Positions 38,724 through 41,805 of a stretch of 41,805 bases of DNA are shown here, one piece after another. Each line of letters begins with the position of its first letter. Positions within the stretch are counted from its first letter, which is position 1. Position numbers and translations under genes: made by a program. Origin of the DNA: Candidatus Altiarchaeales archaeon (lineage in GTDB: Archaea > Altiarchaeota > Altiarchaeia > IMC4 > SCGC-AAA252-I15); the NCBI GenBank assembly GCA_014729705.1, contig WJJK01000172.1, forward strand, positions 1 to 41,805, written 5' to 3'. A model generated the notes under the pieces. That model saw only the letters and a program-made list of their open reading frames with translations. It was not told the origin of the DNA and made no database searches.

Positions 38724-40631
38724 ATGGCAGGCATGGATCTGGACAAAATTCTGGGTGCCGGAGACGAGGCGAAGGTGCCCGATTTGGACTGGCTTAACAT
38801 AGAGTCAGAAGAAGTAGATAATATCCCACGTCCTATGAATGTGGAAATGGTACCTGAACTCAAAGAGGCGTGGACTCACCGCACTGAGCGCAGTACATCT
38901 CTGATCCCTGGACTAGAGATCAAAGAAAAGAAGGCTTCTAGTAAGGTATCTGAAGAGCTTATACAAGATGTAGTCGATACTGCTAAGAAATCAATGATGG
39001 CGGGTGTCGTAGGAACCGAGTTGGTAAAGAAGCTGGGCTCTCTTTATCCACAAGGTGTAATCCAGGCAGCTAAGGAAGAACTTGTGAAGGTAGCTTCTGA
39101 GCAAGGACTCCTAGGAAATGTCTATGTGGACATCAGTTGCTATGACTCTTGTTCAGATGCCAGAAAAGCTTTGGGGTCAAATAAGATACGTCTGGCTAAA
39201 TACGTCGTAGGTAATCCTAAAAAGCGATGCTGCCGTAATCATAAGAATGGTTACTGCACTGAGTTTCGTAAGAACGTCGTATCTGAAATGAGATATGATG
39301 ATGATTTGCTACAAGAGTACGCAAGTCATTTGAAGGTAGCTGGCGTGTTAGGTCCTAAGGAAAAAGTAGCCTCTAAAGAGGATCTTCGTGACTCACTTTT
39401 ACGTAAGCGTAGTAAAAAAGCAGCTTTCAGGGCTACAGGTCCTGCTGCGGGTAAAGAACGTCCTATAGAAGATGTGCATAAGGACTTCACAGAAGCTCTT
39501 TCTAAACAAGCACAGACAAACAGTAAGGACGCCGCGGAGCTCCATTTCCATGAGGCTCGTCCTGTGTTGGCCTACATACAGGATCAGATGATGCACGGAC
39601 GTATGGGCGAGGCTTTGAAGGAAGCTATCAAAACAAAGTTCAGCTCACAGGAAATAAAGGCTTATGCTGAAGATATCAAGAAGGTAGCATCTCTGCAGGG
39701 TCTCTTAGGAAATGTATATGTAGATATAGGTTATTACAAAGACGCAGAAGAAGCTGTAAAAGCTATCAAGCGCGCATCTACTAATCCGAACTATCTCGTG
39801 AATACACACAGTAAAGGCCCGAATGATGGTCGCCTTGCGAAAGTAGCCAGCATCACAGGATGTAGTGAGCTTCCTAAAGATGGTAAGATAGACATGAAGA
39901 TTGCTAAGAGCTATATAGATGATCTTCAATTCACGAATAAGATATCTCAGGATAAGGCTAAGGAATTAAGAAGTAGCCTTGATAATAATAACAACGTTCT
40001 TTCTACTCTTAGAGACGCCTTTTTGTCATCTCTTGAGAGGAAGAGAGAGCCTCGTGTAGGCGGGCAGCCTGGACGTGAGTACGGTGGGAAAACCACAAAG
40101 TACGCCACGAAAGATCAGAAGTACCACGGCGCTGTACGTACAGCCATAGAAGCAGGTATATCAATACATGATGTAGAGGATAAGCTGGCGCAGCAGGTAT
40201 CTACTCCGGAAGCCATCAGCATGACACGCTCTGTTCTTGCGAGTATGAGGGAGATCGATGCCAACGCGTTGGGACACTGTAAGACAGAAAAATATCAGCT
40301 GAATAATAGTGTACATATTAAGAAGGCTAAGAAGTGTGAAGACTGTATACAATGTGGTGATATGGGATGCCTTCGTCTTGGAGTTAAATTCGCCGGGAAG
40401 CAAGATTTGGATAAGCCCTTTTTTGATATAGATCCAAAGACTTCGAAAGTTCTTTTCGATGAGAATCCTGATGTAAAACGTGAGGACATCTCTCAGGAAT
40501 ATGATATGGGAGATGACTTTGGATCAGGTATGAATGTCAAACTCGAAGAGATGCGCGATAAAGACTCTAGCATAGATATCGATGTTGATTTCAATCAGGA
40601 AGGTCTTGATCAAAATATCGACGACCTCTAA
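38724..40631 (+). CDS. large hypothetical protein with an internal domain duplication (possible virion/morphogenesis protein)
   Basis: GGGAGAA RBS upstream. VASEQGLLGNVYVDIS and VASLQGLLGNVYVDIG lie ~198 aa apart inside longer repeat units. A Cys cluster lies near the C-terminus. Confidence 0.6.
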   Translation: MAGMDLDKILGAGDEAKVPDLDWLNIESEEVDNIPRPMNVEMVPELKEAWTHRTERSTSLIPGLEIKEKKASSKVSEELIQDVVDTAKKSMMAGVVGTELVKKLGSLYPQGVIQAAKEELVKVASEQGLLGNVYVDISCYDSCSDARKALGSNKIRLAKYVVGNPKKRCCRNHKNGYCTEFRKNVVSEMRYDDDLLQEYASHLKVAGVLGPKEKVASKEDLRDSLLRKRSKKAAFRATGPAAGKERPIEDVHKDFTEALSKQAQTNSKDAAELHFHEARPVLAYIQDQMMHGRMGEALKEAIKTKFSSQEIKAYAEDIKKVASLQGLLGNVYVDIGYYKDAEEAVKAIKRASTNPNYLVNTHSKGPNDGRLAKVASITGCSELPKDGKIDMKIAKSYIDDLQFTNKISQDKAKELRSSLDNNNNVLSTLRDAFLSSLERKREPRVGGQPGREYGGKTTKYATKDQKYHGAVRTAIEAGISIHDVEDKLAQQVSTPEAISMTRSVLASMREIDANALGHCKTEKYQLNNSVHIKKAKKCEDCIQCGDMGCLRLGVKFAGKQDLDKPFFDIDPKTSKVLFDENPDVKREDISQEYDMGDDFGSGMNVKLEEMRDKDSSIDIDVDFNQEGLDQNIDDL

Positions 40632-40670
40632 ACAACCATATCTATATGAAAATACCAGAGGGGTAGGACT

Positions 40671-41447
40671 ATGTCTGATCAAGATGAAATACTCGGTTTG
40701 GATGATGAAAATATCGTCCGAGAACCACAGGAAGATGACATCGTAAGTCCGAAAGAGGTAAAACCTTTTTCGGATGAAGAACTTCAGATAGCTAAGGATA
40801 AAGAAGAAAGTATTGCGTCAGAAGAAAGCTCCGAAGAGAGTGTGGAGGACGAAGAGGGACAAGGCCTCGATGGAGATGATATCTCTAATCTTATCATAGA
40901 TAATGAAAATGAGCTTCCTGATCAGCATCCGGTACTAAATCAGTCCTTAGTAAATAACCCTAGCCAGCTTGTATCCTCTAATATAAAGCCTGGGCAACCT
41001 CTCCAGAAAGCTATTGAGAATCCTACACGTACAGACAGGCTTCTTATAGCAGTTAGACACCGCCAACCCACCTCTACCCTCCTTAATAAAGTCATGGAGG
41101 AAGTAGCAGAGGAAGCGGCGTATCTAAAAGCGTATAGGGAAAAGCATTGGAACGGTGATGAGGATATATCAGATATATCCACCAAACGCGTTAGAATGCT
41201 ACGCTCTATGGTTGAAACTCTTATAGAGAGAGAAAAGCAGAAGGAAGATAAAGTAACAGGTAAGATAGACTTCTATAGTGATAACTTCCAAAACGTACTT
41301 AAGTTTTTCCTACAAGTAATAGAGGAAACATTCAAAAAAGTAAATATACCAAAGCAGTTTGCTGATAACTTCTTCACGGAGCTCGCTAAGGAGTTTGATG
41401 GGTTCGAGAAGAAGGCTGAGAAAATTTACTACGGGAAGAGTAAATAA
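40671..41447 (+). CDS. hypothetical acidic protein immediately upstream of the large terminase (possible small terminase, positional guess only)
   Basis: GAGGGG RBS upstream. TAATG coupling to the next gene. No motif recognised. Confidence 0.45.
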   Translation: MSDQDEILGLDDENIVREPQEDDIVSPKEVKPFSDEELQIAKDKEESIASEESSEESVEDEEGQGLDGDDISNLIIDNENELPDQHPVLNQSLVNNPSQLVSSNIKPGQPLQKAIENPTRTDRLLIAVRHRQPTSTLLNKVMEEVAEEAAYLKAYREKHWNGDEDISDISTKRVRMLRSMVETLIEREKQKEDKVTGKIDFYSDNFQNVLKFFLQVIEETFKKVNIPKQFADNFFTELAKEFDGFEKKAEKIYYGKSK

Positions 41448-41805
41448 TGTCCCTGGCTGAAATGTGCCTGACGCATGTTACTGAGAAGACTGATACCTCT
41501 AAGATCGTCGATAAGGACATCATGGAGTTTATTGAGGCTCCATGGGGATTAGGTCTTGGGTGTACTCCCGATGTACCGCCTCTGTACCCAGCTCAAAGAT
41601 TCATAGTCAAGACATATTACGGACTCCCCTTAGATGATAGCTCTAACCGGGACATCATAGTTAAGGATAAGTTCAACGAGGAAGAACTCTATCGGTTAAA
41701 TGAGATGGAGTATATGCATTACCTTGTAGATGAAGGTAGGCTTCCTCGAGAGTATGATGAGACCCCTCATCCGAACCTGGTCCTTGTCTGTGGAAGGAGG
41801 GCGGG
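41447..41805 (+). CDS. terL: probable terminase large subunit, N-terminal fragment (runs off the right edge); not in the supplied ORF track
   Basis: Open frame from ATG 41447 to the window end. LYPAQRFIVKTYYGLPLD and the terminal LVLVCGRRAG resemble the start of a G-R-R-x-G-K-S/T Walker A, as in large terminases. Confidence 0.5.
   Translation, partial: MSLAEMCLTHVTEKTDTSKIVDKDIMEFIEAPWGLGLGCTPDVPPLYPAQRFIVKTYYGLPLDDSSNRDIIVKDKFNEEELYRLNEMEYMHYLVDEGRLPREYDETPHPNLVLVCGRRA

Noticed and set aside
37654-39052. Two perfect DnaA-box 9-mers, TTATCCACA, on the plus strand (37654-37662 and 39044-39052).
   Set aside because: Both lie inside coding sequences 1.4 kb apart and simply encode Tyr-Pro-Gln (tat cca caa). 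They are not clustered, have no adjacent AT-rich unwinding element, and the expected chance frequency is not negligible.
1-41805. A search by eye for tRNA genes (GGTTCGAATCC-type T-loops), CRISPR repeat arrays, transposase or integrase genes, and rRNA.
   Set aside because: None found. The few GTTCGA-like strings lie inside well-supported coding sequences without cloverleaf context. The only repeated non-coding elements are the ones reported above.

Overview
This window reads as a contiguous piece of a large tailed dsDNA phage or prophage genome (about 42% GC, Shine-Dalgarno-led genes, tight ATGA/TAATG gene coupling). I found no rRNA, tRNA, CRISPR array or transposase. The left part is mixed. 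It holds a minus-strand nucleotidyltransferase gene, then a plus-strand block at 1.5-6.7 kb with dUTPase, an amidase endolysin and a class II ribonucleotide reductase (NrdJ) interrupted by an intein. From 6.7 to 27.0 kb there is one long minus-strand arm. It encodes RNase HII, DnaJ, three small Ig-like paralogs, a CgeB-like glycosyltransferase, an extremely basic protein and a NYN nuclease. It continues with an ABC/SMC C-lobe ATPase, the beta sliding clamp, a Cas4-like nuclease, Mre11/SbcD, a Rad50/SbcC-like N-lobe, RecA, RuvC, a putative SSB and HU. It ends with an acidic-tail protein, a degenerate deaminase homolog, a RecD2-like helicase and a Tpt1/KptA-like protein. A gene-poor control region at 27.0-28.2 kb separates it from a plus-strand arm. 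That arm encodes clamp-loader delta-prime, delta and tau/gamma, a DnaG-type primase, NusG-like and sigma-region-4 proteins and a FEN. After a strong terminator at 36.9 kb, a probable morphogenesis block runs into a truncated large terminase. The most unusual signals are listed here. (1) A perfectly repeated 27-nt element lies upstream of two plus-strand units, with a 22/27 third copy upstream of the sigma-like gene; this is a candidate phage-specific promoter. (2) The NrdJ intein has a C-terminal junction reading RG|C instead of HN|C. (3) dnaX carries an A7 slippery run with a stop four codons into the -1 frame and a downstream hairpin. (4) The Rad50/SMC-like ATPase appears split into two distant genes. 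(5) Three enzyme-fold proteins (deaminase, Tpt1, isochorismatase) lack their catalytic residues. (6) Lys-rich tails recur on DNA-handling proteins, and there are two long dual-coding overlaps, one with a CCC-UAG +1 recoding geometry. All functional calls rest on motif recognition by eye; no database search was run.
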